NCBI GenBank assembly: GCA_030765785.1
Contig: JAVCCC010000028.1
Location: 2,826 to 66,825 of the forward strand
Reading direction: 5' to 3'
DNA length: 64,000 nt
From: Candidatus Aceula lacicola
GTDB lineage: Bacteria > Omnitrophota > Gorgyraeia > Zapsychrales > Aceulaceae
Below, piece after piece: positions 29,996 through 43,500 of the stretch (position 1 is the stretch's first letter; every line of letters begins with the position of its first letter). Under the pieces are notes generated by a model. That model saw only the letters and a program-made list of their open reading frames with translations. It was not told the origin of the DNA and made no database searches. A program made the translations under genes and the position numbers.

Positions 29996-31600
29996 TTAAG
30001 TCCCCTCTTCTCTATCTTCAAATCGCCTCATGTCGATAACCAGTGTTTTTTCTTGAAAACTTGATGGTTTTTCAGAGGCAACCCCAGAATCCACCTTGAT
30101 CTGATATCGATACATTTGCTTTTCATCATTAATATCTCTAAAAATATATAAAACCATCTTTGTGCTAGGATCAAAATTGATGTGAAACACCTCCATCGTT
30201 CCTTTAGCAACTTCTCTTAAAAGGCAAGAAACCAAACCCACCATGTTATGACTATAAACAGTCGTTAAATTGCCAAATTCATCACCTCTGTTTTTTAAAT
30301 ATCTCTCTTCAGGCTGAACAAAATAAATCTTCTCATATTCATTAATATTAACTTTTGCCATTTGATCTTTAACAAACTGAATCTCCTTCTGGCTTGGAAC
30401 AACACGATAATTTAATATTGTCTGATGTGCCTGCACCACACCATAAAAACTTAACAACAAAAGTGCGATAGAAAAAACTATTCTTTGACGATTTTGAAAA
30501 ATAAATTGAATCCATGCCCTTGCCGACCATATAAAAATAAAGAAAACAAGCACTGTGAGCGGTCCCGCACATCGATAATAAAAAATACTTTGACTGGAGA
30601 CAAGGTTAGGCAAAAAACTTAATAATGATAAAATAATCAAGATTGAAGATCGAACAAAACCATTTATAAAAAATTCTATTCTTTCTTCTTTTTGCTGTCG
30701 TAAAACTTCTAAAGCAATCGCGGAAATGACAAACGTAACACCAACAGCAGCAGCTATCTTATAAGGAAATATATTCCACAAGTTTAATGCATTTACCAAA
30801 GGCTCTCTAAGAAACCATCCTATTTTTCCAAAATAATCTGTTGTCAGCGCATATGGATTATATCCCCATAAATTAAATCGAGAAAAATATGGCTTAATTA
30901 ACCGAAGAACAAGCACGTAAAGACCTAGCGAAACGATTGCCGGAGAAAATAAATTAATCATCCGATTCTTAATTTCAGAGAAATCCTTAAACTCAGAAAA
31001 TAAAACAACCAGCCCAGCCATCGTCCAATAAAACATAGCTGTTGGCTTATACGTCGACAAGGCACAAAAAAACAAGAAAACAGATAATACAAATCGACCA
31101 TTAAATATCCGACGAACGATCTTATCCGACAAAGAAATACGGTAAGCAGACGAAAAAGCCCCAATGGCAAATAAAATAGAAACTGGCTGGTAAGTCATTG
31201 CCGTCTGAGATACGGCAATCTGAAAAGAAGGCAAAGTAAAAACAGCTAACGATAATAAAAAAGCGTTTCGTGATGAAAAAAATTTCTTCCGAAGCCAGAA
31301 AAAAAGAATGAGTGCGCAAAACGCAAGATTAACGACACCTAAAAATCGAACACCTTTAAGGTCATCAATAGAATTGATCAAAAACCCCATTGCCATGTAC
31401 AGATGCGCCCCAATAAAACGCCCAATTGATAAATTAAAAAGCGTCCCTGGCGCCTCAGGTCTCGTCGAAGTTCTTAAAAAGAAGATGACATCATCGTGAT
31501 ATGCATAATACGATGAAATGGCAGGCCAAAATGCAATACATAGAAAGATTAAAAAAAGGGAAAAAATAATGACTCTTTGAAAAACTTTTGTTTTAATCAT
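29996..31600 (-). CDS. GtrII-like GT-C membrane glycosyltransferase
   Basis: YHDD motif after TM1, then GRF; about 11 TM helices; C-terminal extracytoplasmic domain. Confidence 0.7.
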   Translation of the reverse strand: MIKTKVFQRVIIFSLFLIFLCIAFWPAISSYYAYHDDVIFFLRTSTRPEAPGTLFNLSIGRFIGAHLYMAMGFLINSIDDLKGVRFLGVVNLAFCALILFFWLRKKFFSSRNAFLLSLAVFTLPSFQIAVSQTAMTYQPVSILFAIGAFSSAYRISLSDKIVRRIFNGRFVLSVFLFFCALSTYKPTAMFYWTMAGLVVLFSEFKDFSEIKNRMINLFSPAIVSLGLYVLVLRLIKPYFSRFNLWGYNPYALTTDYFGKIGWFLREPLVNALNLWNIFPYKIAAAVGVTFVISAIALEVLRQQKEERIEFFINGFVRSSILIILSLLSFLPNLVSSQSIFYYRCAGPLTVLVFFIFIWSARAWIQFIFQNRQRIVFSIALLLLSFYGVVQAHQTILNYRVVPSQKEIQFVKDQMAKVNINEYEKIYFVQPEERYLKNRGDEFGNLTTVYSHNMVGLVSCLLREVAKGTMEVFHINFDPSTKMVLYIFRDINDEKQMYRYQIKVDSGVASEKPSSFQEKTLVIDMRRFEDREEGT

Positions 31601-31606
31601 AAAACC

Positions 31607-33211
31607 TTAAGGCCTCTTCACCAGAGAAGCAGCCACAAAGCTTTGAAACAAAGGATGCGCTTTGTCTGGCTTCGATTTAAACTCAGGATGAAACTGACAC
31701 GCAACGAACCATGGATGATTTTTAAGCTCGAGAATCTCGACCAATTTCTTCTTTGTATTAATGCCTGAAAAAATAACACCTTTTTTCTCAAAAACTTTTC
31801 GATATGCATCATTAAACTCATACCGATGACGATGCCTCTCAGATATGCTCTCTTTCTTATATGCCTGAAAACTTTTTGTTTTCTTTTGCAACTTACAAGG
31901 ATACGCACCTAAGCGCATTGTAGCTCCCATATTCTTAATTTTCTTTTGCTCCTCTAAAAGGCTAATGATAGGATACTTTGTTCCCTTGTCAAATTCTGTT
32001 GAATTTGCTCCTCTGTATCCACAAACATTACGAGCAAATTCAATCGAAGCAATCTGCATGCCTAAACAAATCCCGAAAAATGGAATACCTTTTTCTCGAG
32101 CATATTGAACAGCTTTTATTTTTCCCTCAATTCCCCTCGTTCCAAATCCGCCAGGAATAAGAATACCGTCGGAATCTTTAAGATATTTCTTGACACTAAA
32201 TTTCTCAATATCTTCAGAATCAACCTTGTTGATAATAACGCGTGCATCGTTAGCAATTCCACCATGCACTAAAGCTTCATAAATTGATTTATATGCATCT
32301 GGAAGAGAAATATATTTCCCAACAACAGAAATTCTAACTTCTTTGGAAGGATTTCTTAATCGTTTTACAACATAATCCTCCCATTTCTTAAGATCGCTAT
32401 CTGGCTTCTTAATATTTAATTTTCTTAAAATAAGATTATCTAATCCTTCTTTCTTGAGAAAGACAGGAACTTCATAAATATGCTTAACATCAATCGCCTC
32501 GATAACAGCTTCTCGATCAACGCTACAAAAAAGAGCAATCTTTTCTCTTTGCTCTTTAGTCATATGTTTTTCTGTTCGACACAACAAAATATCTGGAGCG
32601 ATACCAATTTCACGCAAACGTCCAACACTATGTTGTGTCGGCTTTGTTTTATGTTCACCTGCAGATTTAATAAAAGGCAAGAGCGTCACATGTACATTAA
32701 TGCAATAGCTTGGACCAATTTCCCATTTCATTTGTCGAATAGCTTCAAGAAACGGCAAACTTTCAATATCACCAATCGTTCCACCAATTTCAACAATCGT
32801 GACGTCCACATCGCGAGCTTTCGCAACCTTCTTTATTCTATTTTTTATTTCATCTGTAATATGAGGAATGATCTGAACTGTTTTCCCAAGATATTCACCT
32901 TTGCGCTCTTTTGAAATAACAGAAAAATAAACTTTACCCGTGGTAATGTTGCTATCCTTACCAACCCGAGCATTTGTAAAACGTTCATAATGACCTAAAT
33001 CCAAATCCGTTTCGGCACCATCGTCTGTCACATAAACTTCTCCATGCTGAAAAGGGCTCATGGTTCCAGGGTCGACATTAAGATAAGGATCACATTTGAT
33101 TGTGGTTGTGGAGAGACCTCTTTCTTCAAGCATTTTTCCAATCGAAGCAGAGGCAATGCCTTTTCCAAGGCTCGAAATAACGCCGCCTGTAACAAAAATA
33201 AATTTACTCAT
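31607..33211 (-). CDS. pyrG: CTP synthase
   Basis: [39 protein letters not shown]. Confidence 0.98.
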   Translation of the reverse strand: MSKFIFVTGGVISSLGKGIASASIGKMLEERGLSTTTIKCDPYLNVDPGTMSPFQHGEVYVTDDGAETDLDLGHYERFTNARVGKDSNITTGKVYFSVISKERKGEYLGKTVQIIPHITDEIKNRIKKVAKARDVDVTIVEIGGTIGDIESLPFLEAIRQMKWEIGPSYCINVHVTLLPFIKSAGEHKTKPTQHSVGRLREIGIAPDILLCRTEKHMTKEQREKIALFCSVDREAVIEAIDVKHIYEVPVFLKKEGLDNLILRKLNIKKPDSDLKKWEDYVVKRLRNPSKEVRISVVGKYISLPDAYKSIYEALVHGGIANDARVIINKVDSEDIEKFSVKKYLKDSDGILIPGGFGTRGIEGKIKAVQYAREKGIPFFGICLGMQIASIEFARNVCGYRGANSTEFDKGTKYPIISLLEEQKKIKNMGATMRLGAYPCKLQKKTKSFQAYKKESISERHRHRYEFNDAYRKVFEKKGVIFSGINTKKKLVEILELKNHPWFVACQFHPEFKSKPDKAHPLFQSFVAASLVKRP

Positions 33212-33276
33212 GGGTGTTTCCTGTCATTAATATTTTAATATTATAATAAAATTTTAAAGATTATACACCTAAAATC

Positions 33277-34650
33277 TTAACAGTTCTTTTCTAGTAAATA
33301 CTTGCTCTGGTTCTTCGGAACTTGCTCAGGATACACACCATCAAAACATGCGTGACAAAACGCATTAGAATCTTTCATGATTCCAAGCATTCCCTCTAAG
33401 CTTAAGTATTGAAGAGAATCAACCTCAATAAAATCAGCGATCTCTTTAACGCTCTTGTTGGATGCAATCAACTCACCTTTACTAGGAAAATCAATACCAT
33501 AAAAACAAGGAAATGTAATCGGCGGACATGTCACTCTGAAATGAATCTCTTTAGCCCCAGCTCTTCGAATCTCCTCGACACGACTTCGACTTGTTGTACC
33601 GCGCACAATAGAATCCTCAACAACCACAACACGCTTTCCTTTTAAAACATCACGAATTGGGTTTAATTTTACACGCACCCTAAATTCCCGCAAAAACTGA
33701 CTCGGCTGAATAAAAGTCCTGCCAATATAATGATTTCGAATCATGCCAATTTCTAAAGGAAGACCTGACTCTTTAGCATATCCAACTGCCGCATAATTTC
33801 CCGAATCAGGAATCGCCATAACAAAATCTGCATCAATAGGATGTTCTTTAGCAAGCTGTTCCCCTAAACGTTTTCGCACTAAATAAATATTATCATCAAA
33901 AATATGGCTGTCTGGTCGAGCAAAATAAATATTCTCAAAAATACAATGCGCCTTTTTCTTGCTTTTCTCTAAAAATACACTTTCGACCTTTCCATCGCTA
34001 ATAAAAACAATCTCACCCGGCTCAAGCTCTCGGACAAGCTGTGCTCCAATCAAATCCAAAGCACATGTTTCACTGACTAAAATATATGCGTCTCCTTTTT
34101 TACCTAAACATAAAGGGCGAAACCCAAAAGGATCGCGCGCACCAACTAAAACATTTCCCATCATAAAAACAAGAGAAAAAGCTCCCCTTAAACGCATCAA
34201 AGCATTCTTAATCCATGCTTTGATATCTCCATTCTTTGTTTTTGCTAAAAGATGAACAATCACCTCAGAATCCATTGTTGTCTGGAAAATAGATCCCTGC
34301 TCTTCTAATTCATTATAAAGATCTTCTGTGTTTGTCAAATTGCCGTTATGCGCAATAGCAATCGGTCTATTTTTATGTGTCGCTAAGAACGGTTGAATAT
34401 TCTTAGAATTACTAGATCCTGTTGTTGAATAGCGAGTGTGCCCTATTGCAAAGTTACCTTTAAGACTCTCAACAGAGTTTTCATTAAAACAATCTGCAAC
34501 AAGGCCTCGAGCTTTTTGTGAGTGAATTTTCTTTCCATCAAAAGAAAGAATGCCGCACGATTCTTCTCCTCTGTGCTGTAACGCATACAGACTTAAAAAA
34601 ACAATCTTTGCTGCTTCTTCATGATTGGAAACACCGACAATGCCACACAC
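33277..34650 (-). CDS. purF: amidophosphoribosyltransferase
   Basis: MCGI, LQHRG, GHTRYST, EDSIVRGTT, Fe-S Cys (CHAC). Confidence 0.97.
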   Translation of the reverse strand: MCGIVGVSNHEEAAKIVFLSLYALQHRGEESCGILSFDGKKIHSQKARGLVADCFNENSVESLKGNFAIGHTRYSTTGSSNSKNIQPFLATHKNRPIAIAHNGNLTNTEDLYNELEEQGSIFQTTMDSEVIVHLLAKTKNGDIKAWIKNALMRLRGAFSLVFMMGNVLVGARDPFGFRPLCLGKKGDAYILVSETCALDLIGAQLVRELEPGEIVFISDGKVESVFLEKSKKKAHCIFENIYFARPDSHIFDDNIYLVRKRLGEQLAKEHPIDADFVMAIPDSGNYAAVGYAKESGLPLEIGMIRNHYIGRTFIQPSQFLREFRVRVKLNPIRDVLKGKRVVVVEDSIVRGTTSRSRVEEIRRAGAKEIHFRVTCPPITFPCFYGIDFPSKGELIASNKSVKEIADFIEVDSLQYLSLEGMLGIMKDSNAFCHACFDGVYPEQVPKNQSKYLLEKNC

Positions 34651-34652
34651 AG

Positions 34653-37600
34653 TTAAACTCCTTTACGATAATATTCTTGCAAAGACTTTACATTAAAATC
34701 TTTTTCTTTGCTTGATTCAATTCCGTTGATAGCCGCCCATGCCCCTTGTATCGTTGTGATGCACGGAACATTTTGCAAAATAGCAGCTGCGCGAATAGAA
34801 CGCATATCTGATTGACTCTTTTGCCCAGAAGGCGTATTAATAATCAAATTAATCTTATTCTCTTTAATTAATTTTAACAAATCATTTTTTCCTTCACCAA
34901 CTTTATCAATAATCTGAACTTTAATTCCATTTTTTTTAAGCGCTCGGGCTGTCCCCCTTGTTGAAAGAAGGTGGAATTTCATATCAAAAAGTTTTTTTGC
35001 TAAAAATGCAATATTGCGCTTATCTGTGTCATTAACGCTTAAGAAAATCTTTCCATCTTGAGGCAAAGATTGACCAGCCGCTGCTTGCGATTTTGCAAAG
35101 GCAGCACCAAAAGTTTCATCAATGCCCATAACCTCTCCTGTTGACTTCATCTCAGGACCTAAAACAATGTCCACGCCGGAAAAACGAGAAAAAGGCAAAA
35201 CAGATTCTTTAACCGAAATATTCTTCAATTCTTCAATATCAACAAATTTAAAATCAGATATCTTTTTTCCAGCCATAATTTGAGATGCTATCTTCGCTAA
35301 AGACACCCCTGTTGCCTTACTAACAAAGGGTACAGTTCGAGACGCTCTCGGATTAACTTCCAAAACATAAATCCGATCCCTTTTAATCGCAAATTGAATA
35401 TTCAAAAGACCAACAACTTTTAATCCTTTAGCAATATCACAAGTATGTTTTTTAATTCTCTTAATTAACGTCGAACTCAACGTATGTGGTGGCAAAACGC
35501 ATGCTGAATCACCTGAATGAATTCCTGCATTTTCAATATGCTCCATCATGCCAGCAACAACAGCATCTTGTCCGTCAGAAATACCATCCACATCAACCTC
35601 AATCGCATCTTCAATAAATTGATCAATCAAAACAGGGTGTCCCTGCGAAACATCTTTAGCCTCTTCAATAAATTCAAGCAATGATTTCTCATCGTACACA
35701 ATTTTCATAGCCCTACCACCTAAAACATAAGATGGTCTTGCTAAAACTGGATATCCAATTCTTTGCGCGATTTTAATCGCTTCCTCTGCAGAAAGAGCAG
35801 CACCATTTTCAGGCTGAGAAAGTCCAAGCTTTGTGATAAATTCTGAAAACTTTTCTCTATTCTCTGCTAAATCAATAGACTCCACTGTCGTTCCAATAAT
35901 AGGCACCCCAACTTCATTTAACGCATGCGCTAAATTAAGCGGAGTCTGTCCACCAAGCTGTACGATAACGCCATCTGGTTTTTCAACCTCAACAATATTC
36001 ATAACATCTTCAAACGTGAGTGGCTCAAAATAAAGACGATCAGATGTATCATAATCCGTCGAGACTGTCTCAGGATTTGAATTAACCATAATCGTTTCGA
36101 AATCCATTTCTTTTAATGCAAACGAAGCATGACAACAACAATAATCGAATTCAATACCTTGTCCAATACGATTTGGCCCACCACCTAAAATCATAATCTT
36201 TTTTTTCTGACTCTTTTCTTTCTTCGCAGCCTTGCTTTCATCTTCATCTTCATATGTTGAATAATAATATGGCGTATACGCTTCAAACTCAGCTGCACAC
36301 GTATCAACTAATTTAAAAACCGCACGAATACCTAGGCTCTCTCTTAAGCTTCGCACTTCTTTTTCAGTTGTTAAAAAAATCTGAGCCAATTGTGCGTCGC
36401 CAAACCCCCACTGCTTTGCTTGTCTTAAGGAATCTTCGCCAACCGTCTTTTTTTCATCAAATTCTTTTTTAAGTTTATTCTCAAATTCTACCAATTCTGC
36501 GATATTAGAAAGAAACCATGGATCAATCTTTGTAATTTCAAAGATTTCGTCAATACTCATTCCTTTTTGAAGTGCATATTTAATATAAAAAATACGAGAT
36601 GCATTTGGAACTTTAAGTCGCTGAGTCATCTTCTCATCAGAAATATCTTTAAAATTAAGTTTGTTGTCTAATCCCACATGCCCTATTTCAAGACCACGCA
36701 AACCTTTTTGCAAAGATTCTTTAAACGTGCGCCCTATCGCCATTGTTTCTCCAACAGACTTCATGGAAACACCTAAAGTGTCGCCTGCCTCAGGAAATTT
36801 CTCAAAAGTAAATCTTGGAATTTTTGTCACACAATAATCAATCGTCGGCTCAAACGCAGCGGGCGTTTCTCTTGTAATATCATTTTGAATTTCATCTAAT
36901 GAATATCCAATAGCCAATTTCGCTGCAAACTTTGCAATCGGAAAACCTGTTGCTTTGCTCGCCAAAGCAGAACTGCGAGATACTCGAGGATTAACTTCAA
37001 TAACAACAATGCGTCCATTTTTAGGATCAACTGCAAACTGAACATTGCACCCTCCGGTCTCGACGCCAATCTCTCGAATTACTGCAAGAGTTTGATCTCG
37101 CATTCTTTGATATTCTTTATCCGATAAAGTTTGCGCTGGAGCAACCGTAATGCTGTCACCGGTATGAACACCTAAAGGATCTAAATTCTCAATAGAACAA
37201 ACAATAACAACGTTATCTTTACAATCTCGCATAACCTCAAGCTCATATTCTTTCCACCCCTCGATAGACTCTTCAATCAAAATTTCACTATTCATACTAC
37301 TTTCAAGACCTAGAAAAGCTATTTTTTCAAGCTCTTCATCATTATGAACAATTCCTCCACCCGTTCCGCCTAATGTATAGCTTGATCGAACAATCAAAGG
37401 AAATCCAATTTTCTTGGCTGCTTCTCGAGCTTCTTCAATGGTATGCGCAAACGCACTTTCAGGCACTTCAAGACCAACTTTCAAAACAGCTTCTTTAAAA
37501 CATTCACGATCCTCTGCTTTTTTAATAACATCATACGGTGCCCCAATAAGCTCGACATTATATTTTTCTAAAATACCTTGCTCAGAAACTTTCATCGCTA

Positions 37601-37892
37601 AATTTAAACCTGTTTGACCGCCTAGCGTTGGCAAAAGCGCATCTGGCCTTTCTTTTTCAATAACGCGCTCAACAAACTCCGGTGTCAAAGGCTCAACATA
37701 GGTCGCATCCGAAATCTCAGGATCTGTCATAATCGTCGCTGGATTTGAATTAATCAAAACGACTTCATATCCTTCTTCTTTAAGCGCCTTGCAAGCCTGC
37801 GTTCCAGAATAATCAAACTCACATGCCTGTCCAATAATAATCGGACCGGAGCCAATCAATAAAATTTTCTTTATATCGTTACGTCTCGGCAT
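34653..37892 (-). CDS. carB: carbamoyl-phosphate synthase large subunit
   Basis: [17 protein letters not shown]; two ATP-grasp halves; MGS domain. Confidence 0.98.
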   Translation of the reverse strand: MPRRNDIKKILLIGSGPIIIGQACEFDYSGTQACKALKEEGYEVVLINSNPATIMTDPEISDATYVEPLTPEFVERVIEKERPDALLPTLGGQTGLNLAMKVSEQGILEKYNVELIGAPYDVIKKAEDRECFKEAVLKVGLEVPESAFAHTIEEAREAAKKIGFPLIVRSSYTLGGTGGGIVHNDEELEKIAFLGLESSMNSEILIEESIEGWKEYELEVMRDCKDNVVIVCSIENLDPLGVHTGDSITVAPAQTLSDKEYQRMRDQTLAVIREIGVETGGCNVQFAVDPKNGRIVVIEVNPRVSRSSALASKATGFPIAKFAAKLAIGYSLDEIQNDITRETPAAFEPTIDYCVTKIPRFTFEKFPEAGDTLGVSMKSVGETMAIGRTFKESLQKGLRGLEIGHVGLDNKLNFKDISDEKMTQRLKVPNASRIFYIKYALQKGMSIDEIFEITKIDPWFLSNIAELVEFENKLKKEFDEKKTVGEDSLRQAKQWGFGDAQLAQIFLTTEKEVRSLRESLGIRAVFKLVDTCAAEFEAYTPYYYSTYEDEDESKAAKKEKSQKKKIMILGGGPNRIGQGIEFDYCCCHASFALKEMDFETIMVNSNPETVSTDYDTSDRLYFEPLTFEDVMNIVEVEKPDGVIVQLGGQTPLNLAHALNEVGVPIIGTTVESIDLAENREKFSEFITKLGLSQPENGAALSAEEAIKIAQRIGYPVLARPSYVLGGRAMKIVYDEKSLLEFIEEAKDVSQGHPVLIDQFIEDAIEVDVDGISDGQDAVVAGMMEHIENAGIHSGDSACVLPPHTLSSTLIKRIKKHTCDIAKGLKVVGLLNIQFAIKRDRIYVLEVNPRASRTVPFVSKATGVSLAKIASQIMAGKKISDFKFVDIEELKNISVKESVLPFSRFSGVDIVLGPEMKSTGEVMGIDETFGAAFAKSQAAAGQSLPQDGKIFLSVNDTDKRNIAFLAKKLFDMKFHLLSTRGTARALKKNGIKVQIIDKVGEGKNDLLKLIKENKINLIINTPSGQKSQSDMRSIRAAAILQNVPCITTIQGAWAAINGIESSKEKDFNVKSLQEYYRKGV

Positions 37893-38976
37893 GAAAATCC
37901 TTCATCATTTTAATAAACTTATCAAATAAATATTGTGCATCATGTGGACCAGGTGAAGCTTCAGGATGATATTGAACAGAAAAAAGTGGATACTTCTTGT
38001 GATCAATTCCTTCAACTGTTTTATCGTTCAAATTAATATGTGTCACTTCTACATCCTCTTTATTTAAACTTTCTATATCAATACAAAATCCATGATTTTG
38101 AGATGTAATGGAAATTTTATTTTCTTTCAAATCTTTTACAGGATGATTGGCGCCTCTATGTCCAAACTTTAATTTGTATGTTTTTCCACCAAGAGCCAAA
38201 CCCAAAATTTGATTACCTAAACAAATACCAAACATCGGCAATTTTCCTAGAAATGCCTTAACAGTCTCTACAACATACGGCACAGCCGCAGGATCTCCTG
38301 GACCATTAGAAATAAAAAGTCCGCTAGGATTAATAGCTAAAATTTCTTCAGCACTTGCTGTTGAAGGAAAAACATGAACTTCGCATCCAAGACTAGCAAG
38401 AATTCTTAAAATATTAAATTTAACACCACAATCAATAACTGCAACTTTCAAATCATGCTTTGCACCCTTATTCCAAATATACTTTTCTTTTATGGAGACC
38501 TCTTTAACCCAATCGCTGCCTTCCATGTCTGGCACTTTTTTTAGCTTATCAGCTAAGCTTTTCGGGTCAAAATCTTCTGTGGAAATAATACCTTTCATGG
38601 CTCCGCAAACTCTTAAATGTCGCGTCAAAGCTCTTGTATCAACATTCTCAATCGCAATAATATTATTTTCTTTTAAATATTCCATCAAACATTTTGTGGC
38701 ACGGAAATTAGAATATCGACGGGCAAACTCTTTAACAACGAATCCTTTAACATGAACCTTATCTGATTCAACATCTTCTTCGTTAACGCCGTAATTTCCA
38801 ATCAAAGGATATGTCATGGTGACAATTTGACCCGCATAGGAAGGATCAGTCAAGATTTCTTGATACCCACTCATCGAGGTATTAAAAACCATCTCGCCTG
38901 CACTTTCTCCGGAAGAAAAGATAGAACGTCCTTGAAAAATCGTTCCATCTTCCAAATATATGATTGCTTTTTTCAT
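37879..38976 (-). CDS. carA: carbamoyl-phosphate synthase small subunit (start revised to [11 protein letters not shown])
   Basis: [35 protein letters not shown]. Confidence 0.96.
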   Translation of the reverse strand: MKKAIIYLEDGTIFQGRSIFSSGESAGEMVFNTSMSGYQEILTDPSYAGQIVTMTYPLIGNYGVNEEDVESDKVHVKGFVVKEFARRYSNFRATKCLMEYLKENNIIAIENVDTRALTRHLRVCGAMKGIISTEDFDPKSLADKLKKVPDMEGSDWVKEVSIKEKYIWNKGAKHDLKVAVIDCGVKFNILRILASLGCEVHVFPSTASAEEILAINPSGLFISNGPGDPAAVPYVVETVKAFLGKLPMFGICLGNQILGLALGGKTYKLKFGHRGANHPVKDLKENKISITSQNHGFCIDIESLNKEDVEVTHINLNDKTVEGIDHKKYPLFSVQYHPEASPGPHDAQYLFDKFIKMMKDFHAET

Positions 38977-39031
38977 ATAAAATAAATACCAAAAGGCATG
39001 TTTCAAGAACTGGCTCTTCAAAGCCAGGTAC

Positions 39032-39059
39032 AATATATCATTATTAATTTGCGCGTCAA
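39032..39059 (-). promoter_or_regulatory. possible internal sigma70 promoter for carAB-purF
   Basis: TTGACG-16 nt-TATATT with TGn. Confidence 0.5.
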
Positions 39060-39075
39060 ATAATATTCATTAATT

Positions 39076-40503
39076 TTATTTGACTAAATATTCATTAACT
39101 CCTTCAGCAGCGCTGCGCCCTTCATGAATAGCCCAAACAATTAACGACTGACCGCGACGCATATCTCCAGCTGCAAAAACACCATTAGCACTAGTCATAT
39201 ACTTCTCATCTGTTCTAACGTTGCCTCTTTCATCAAGCTGTATATTCAAATTATCAACTAACCCTTTTTTAAAAGGGCCCATAAATCCCATAGCCAAAAT
39301 TAATAAATCACAATCTACTTCAAATTTAGAGCCAGGAACTTCTTTCATCGACGCCCTTGATGTAACCGGATCTTTAAAACCATATTCCAACCTTACCCCA
39401 TGAAGTTTTTTAAGCTTTTTCTTTTCTCCGCCTAAGCTTTTTGTCAAGATGCAGTAATCTTGATCAACTCCCTCTTCATGAGAGCTTCCTTCTTTATAAA
39501 TAAACGCCCATTCAGGCCACGGATTATCAACTGCCCTTGTTAAAGGAGGACGCGGCAAAATCTCAAACTGCTTTACACTTTTTGCCCCCTGACGGTTTGC
39601 CGTACCAATGCAATCAGCTCCTGTGTCACCACCACCTAAAACAATAACATTCTTATCCTTAGCAGTAATTTGCTCCTTTGGCTTAACTCGAACTCCAACA
39701 TTAATGCGGTTTTGCTGACGTAAATAATCCATCGCTTGATAGACTCCTTGCAACTCTCTCCCAGAAACCTTAAGATCACGAGCATCTTCCGCACCACCAG
39801 CTAACACACTCGCATCAAATTCCTTTTGAACATAACGAATCGAAATATCAACACCTATTCTACATCGCGTCTTAAACACAATTCCTTCTTCTTTTAGAAT
39901 ATTTACACGCCTTTCAATAATCTTTTTCTCAAGCTTAAAATCCGGAATACCTAAAGACAAAATTCCACCAATGCTTTCACTCTTTTCAAAAACAGTAACG
40001 CTATGACCAGCCTTATTCAGCTGGTCAGCGCAAGCTAGCCCAGCAGGACCTGATCCAATAACAGCAACGGACTTACCCGTACGTTTAACCGGAGGCTTAG
40101 GCTTAACCCACCCTTCTTCGAAAGCCTTCTCAATAATCGAAAGCTCTATATTGCGAATCGTAACAGCATCTTTCGTAATCCCTAAAACACACGAATACTC
40201 GCATGGAGCAGGACAAATGCGACCAGTAATTTCAGGAAAATTATTTGTTTCTATCAAGCGCTCATACGCCTCTTTCCAGCGTCCACGATATACAAGATCG
40301 TTCCAATCAGGAACTAAGTTTGCCAACGGACATCCCCAATGACAAAAAGGTGTGCCACAATCCATACAACGCGCTGCTTGCTGACGCAAATCTTCAACAG
40401 GCAAAGGATGAATAAACTCCCTCCAATGCTGCTTTCTCATCTCAACAGAATCCTTCGAGAAGTCTTCTCTTTTATATTTTAAGAAACCAGTAATATCGCC
40501 CAT
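39076..40503 (-). CDS. gltD: glutamate synthase small subunit
   Basis: ARCMDCGTPFCHWGCP, GSGPAGL, GGGDTGADC, AGDMRRGQSL. Confidence 0.97.
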   Translation of the reverse strand: MGDITGFLKYKREDFSKDSVEMRKQHWREFIHPLPVEDLRQQAARCMDCGTPFCHWGCPLANLVPDWNDLVYRGRWKEAYERLIETNNFPEITGRICPAPCEYSCVLGITKDAVTIRNIELSIIEKAFEEGWVKPKPPVKRTGKSVAVIGSGPAGLACADQLNKAGHSVTVFEKSESIGGILSLGIPDFKLEKKIIERRVNILKEEGIVFKTRCRIGVDISIRYVQKEFDASVLAGGAEDARDLKVSGRELQGVYQAMDYLRQQNRINVGVRVKPKEQITAKDKNVIVLGGGDTGADCIGTANRQGAKSVKQFEILPRPPLTRAVDNPWPEWAFIYKEGSSHEEGVDQDYCILTKSLGGEKKKLKKLHGVRLEYGFKDPVTSRASMKEVPGSKFEVDCDLLILAMGFMGPFKKGLVDNLNIQLDERGNVRTDEKYMTSANGVFAAGDMRRGQSLIVWAIHEGRSAAEGVNEYLVK

Positions 40504-40507
40504 ATTC

Positions 40508-43500
40508 TTATTTAAATACCTTTTCTTCGCGCTCTATCGCTTCATCTTCTTTCATCATCTTCCCTAAAACCCTTCGGTATTCCATAGGAAAAACTTTAAC
40601 AAAAGACGGAAGAGCCTGATCCCAATTATCCAAAATATCTTTAGCCTTTTGACTTTGCGTATATGAAAAATGTTTTTCAATCATATTTTTAAGTTCTACA
40701 ATATCCTTAACATCTCTCACAAGCTCTAAATCAACCATATCTAAATTACATCTACCATCAAGCTTATTATCAGGATCATAAATATACGCTATTCCCCCGC
40801 TCATTCCAGCAGCAAAATTAACACCAGTTTCACCTAAAATAACCACGCGCCCTTCTGTCATATATTCACACCCATGATCCCCAACACCCTCAACAACCAC
40901 GTAAACACCGCTATTACGGATAGCAAATCGTTCACCAACACACCCATGAATATAAGCCTCACCAGACGTTGCACCATACAAAAGAACATTCCCACAAATA
41001 GCATTCTCGCCAGGATTGTACGTAGATTTTTTATAAGGCTTAACAACAATTTTCCCGCCACACAACCCTTTTCCTAAATAATCATTAGATTCTCCCTCTA
41101 AAATAAACTTTATCCCTTTAGACAAGAAAGCACCAAAACTTTGACCAGCAGCCCCCTGAAAATGACAAACAATCGTATCCTCTGGCAACCCTTCTTGTCC
41201 ATAACGCCTTGCAATCTCTCCAGAAAGCATTGCCCCCGTTGTTAAATTTGTATTAAAAATTGGCATCTCAATAAAAACGGGTTCTTTCTTTTCAAGAGCT
41301 TCACGTGCAAGCTCAATCAATTTTTTATCAAGCACTTTCTCGATACCATGATCTTGAGCTTCGCGACAGCGTACATCTGAATTTTCTTTCTGAACAACTT
41401 GAGTTAAAATTCGTGAAAAATCTAACCCTTTAGCTTTCCAAAAATCAATTGCCTCGTTTACCTCTAGAAGATCGCTACGCCCGACAAGCTCATCCATAGT
41501 CTTAACGCCAAGCTGAGCCATATATTCTCGAACTTCCTCAGCAATCATAGAAAAGAAATTAACCAAATACTCTGGCTTGCCACTAAAATTCTTACGTAAT
41601 TGCGGATCCTGCGTAGCAATTCCCACCGAACAAGTATTCATGTGACAATTGCGCATCATAACACATCCGCAAACTACTAATGGCGCCGTTGCAAAGCCAA
41701 ACTCTTCAGCACCCAACAATGATGCAATTACAACATCACGGCCTGTTTTCATTTGACTATCTGCCTGAATACGAATACGACTACGTAAATTATTCAAGAC
41801 AAGCGTTTGTTGTGTTTCTGCAAGACCAAGCTCCCACGGAGCACCAGCATACTTTATTGAAGACAAGGGAGATGCTCCAGTCCCACCATCGTGACCACTA
41901 ATTAACACCATATCCGCATGAGCCTTGGCTACACCAGCTGCAATAGTACCAACGCCTGCTTCAGAGACCAACTTAACCGAAACGCGTGCTTTAGGATTAA
42001 CGTTCTTTAAATCAAAAATAAGCTGCTTAATATCTTCTATTGAATAAATGTCATGATGAGGTGGAGGAGAAATAAGAGTAACGCCTGGGGTTGAGTACCT
42101 TACGCGTGCGATTTCTTCATTAACCTTATGCCCAGGAAGCTGTCCTCCTTCTCCAGGCTTAGCTCCTTGAGCAATCTTAATTTGAAGCTCCTTAGCATTA
42201 ACAAGATATTCGGCGGTAACACCAAATCGACCACTGGCAACTTGCTTAACTTCACTACACTTGCTATCACCATTAGGAAGCGGCTTATAACGCGCAGGAT
42301 CTTCTCCTCCTTCACCACTGTTGCTCCTAGCATTCATGCGATTCATAGCAATAGCTAATGTTTCATGAGCTTCTCGACTGATGGAGCCAAATGACATAGC
42401 AGACGTAACAAACCTTTTCACAATAGATGAAACAGGCTCTACCTCCTCAATTGAAATAGCTTTTGTCTTTTTAAATTTAAAAAGTCCACGCAACGTAGAT
42501 TGTTTCTTAGTCTGATCATTAATAAGCTGAGCATATTCTTTGTAAAGCTTAGTATCATTATTACGTGTCGCTGTCTGTAATTTATAGATCGCTTCTGGTG
42601 TCCACAAGTGCCTTTCACCGTCTCTACGAAATGCGTACTGCCCGCCATTAGCAAGAGCATCACTATCAACCCGAGAATCCTCTAAGGCTTGTTCATAGCG
42701 CAAATTGGCTTCTTTGGCAACTTCATCAAGTCCGATTCCTTCAATACTAGAAACCGTACCCGTAAAATATTTCTCAACGATATCACGGCTTAAACCAACT
42801 GCCTCAAAAACTTGCGCCCCTCTATAGCTACGCAAAGTTGAAATTCCCATCTTAGACATAATCTTTAAAAGTCCCTTGCAGAGCGCATGAATATAATTTT
42901 CCAAAGCCTTTGTGGTGCTGACTCCTTTTTCCAACATTTTTCTCTGAGCCATATCTACCACTGTTTCAAACGCTAAATATGGATTAATTGCTGTGGCTCC
43001 ATATCCTAATAAAAGCGCAACATGATGAACTTCGCGAGCCTCAGCTGTTTCAACGACTAGACCTACCTGTGATCGCAACCCTTCGTTAATCAAATGCTGA
43101 TGAATTGCCGAAACAACTAACAATGTTGAAATTGGTATTAGTCCGTCCGGAAGATTGCGGTCACTCAAAATAAGCAACGAACACCCATTGCGTACAGCAG
43201 TCGCAGCTACACGTCTCAACTTATCTAAAGCTTCTCCTAAGTCTTCTCCGTTGCCTTGACGTAAAAAACCCATTTGCAAAGTTGTTGTCCAAAAATCTTT
43301 TAACTTTAGAGAACTAACACGCTCAAGATCTTCGTTAGAAAGAATCGGATGCATTAGTTTAATCAAGCGTGCATTTTGAGGAACTTCCGTCAAAATATTG
43401 CCAAATTTTCCCATAAACGTCATCAAAGACATGACAAGCTCTTCGCGAATAGGATCAATAGCAGGATTTGTAATTTGTGCAAAAAGCTGTTTAAAATAAG

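Noticed and set aside
23290-31600. Genomic island or prophage integrated at tRNA-Glu or tRNA-Leu
   Set aside because: No integrase, no duplicated tRNA 3' end seen, and rpe lies inside the interval. The GtrII-like gene is on the 5' side of the tRNA.
33212-33276. pyrG reiterative-transcription attenuator
   Set aside because: The region is very AT-rich, with no GGGC start or terminator hairpin.
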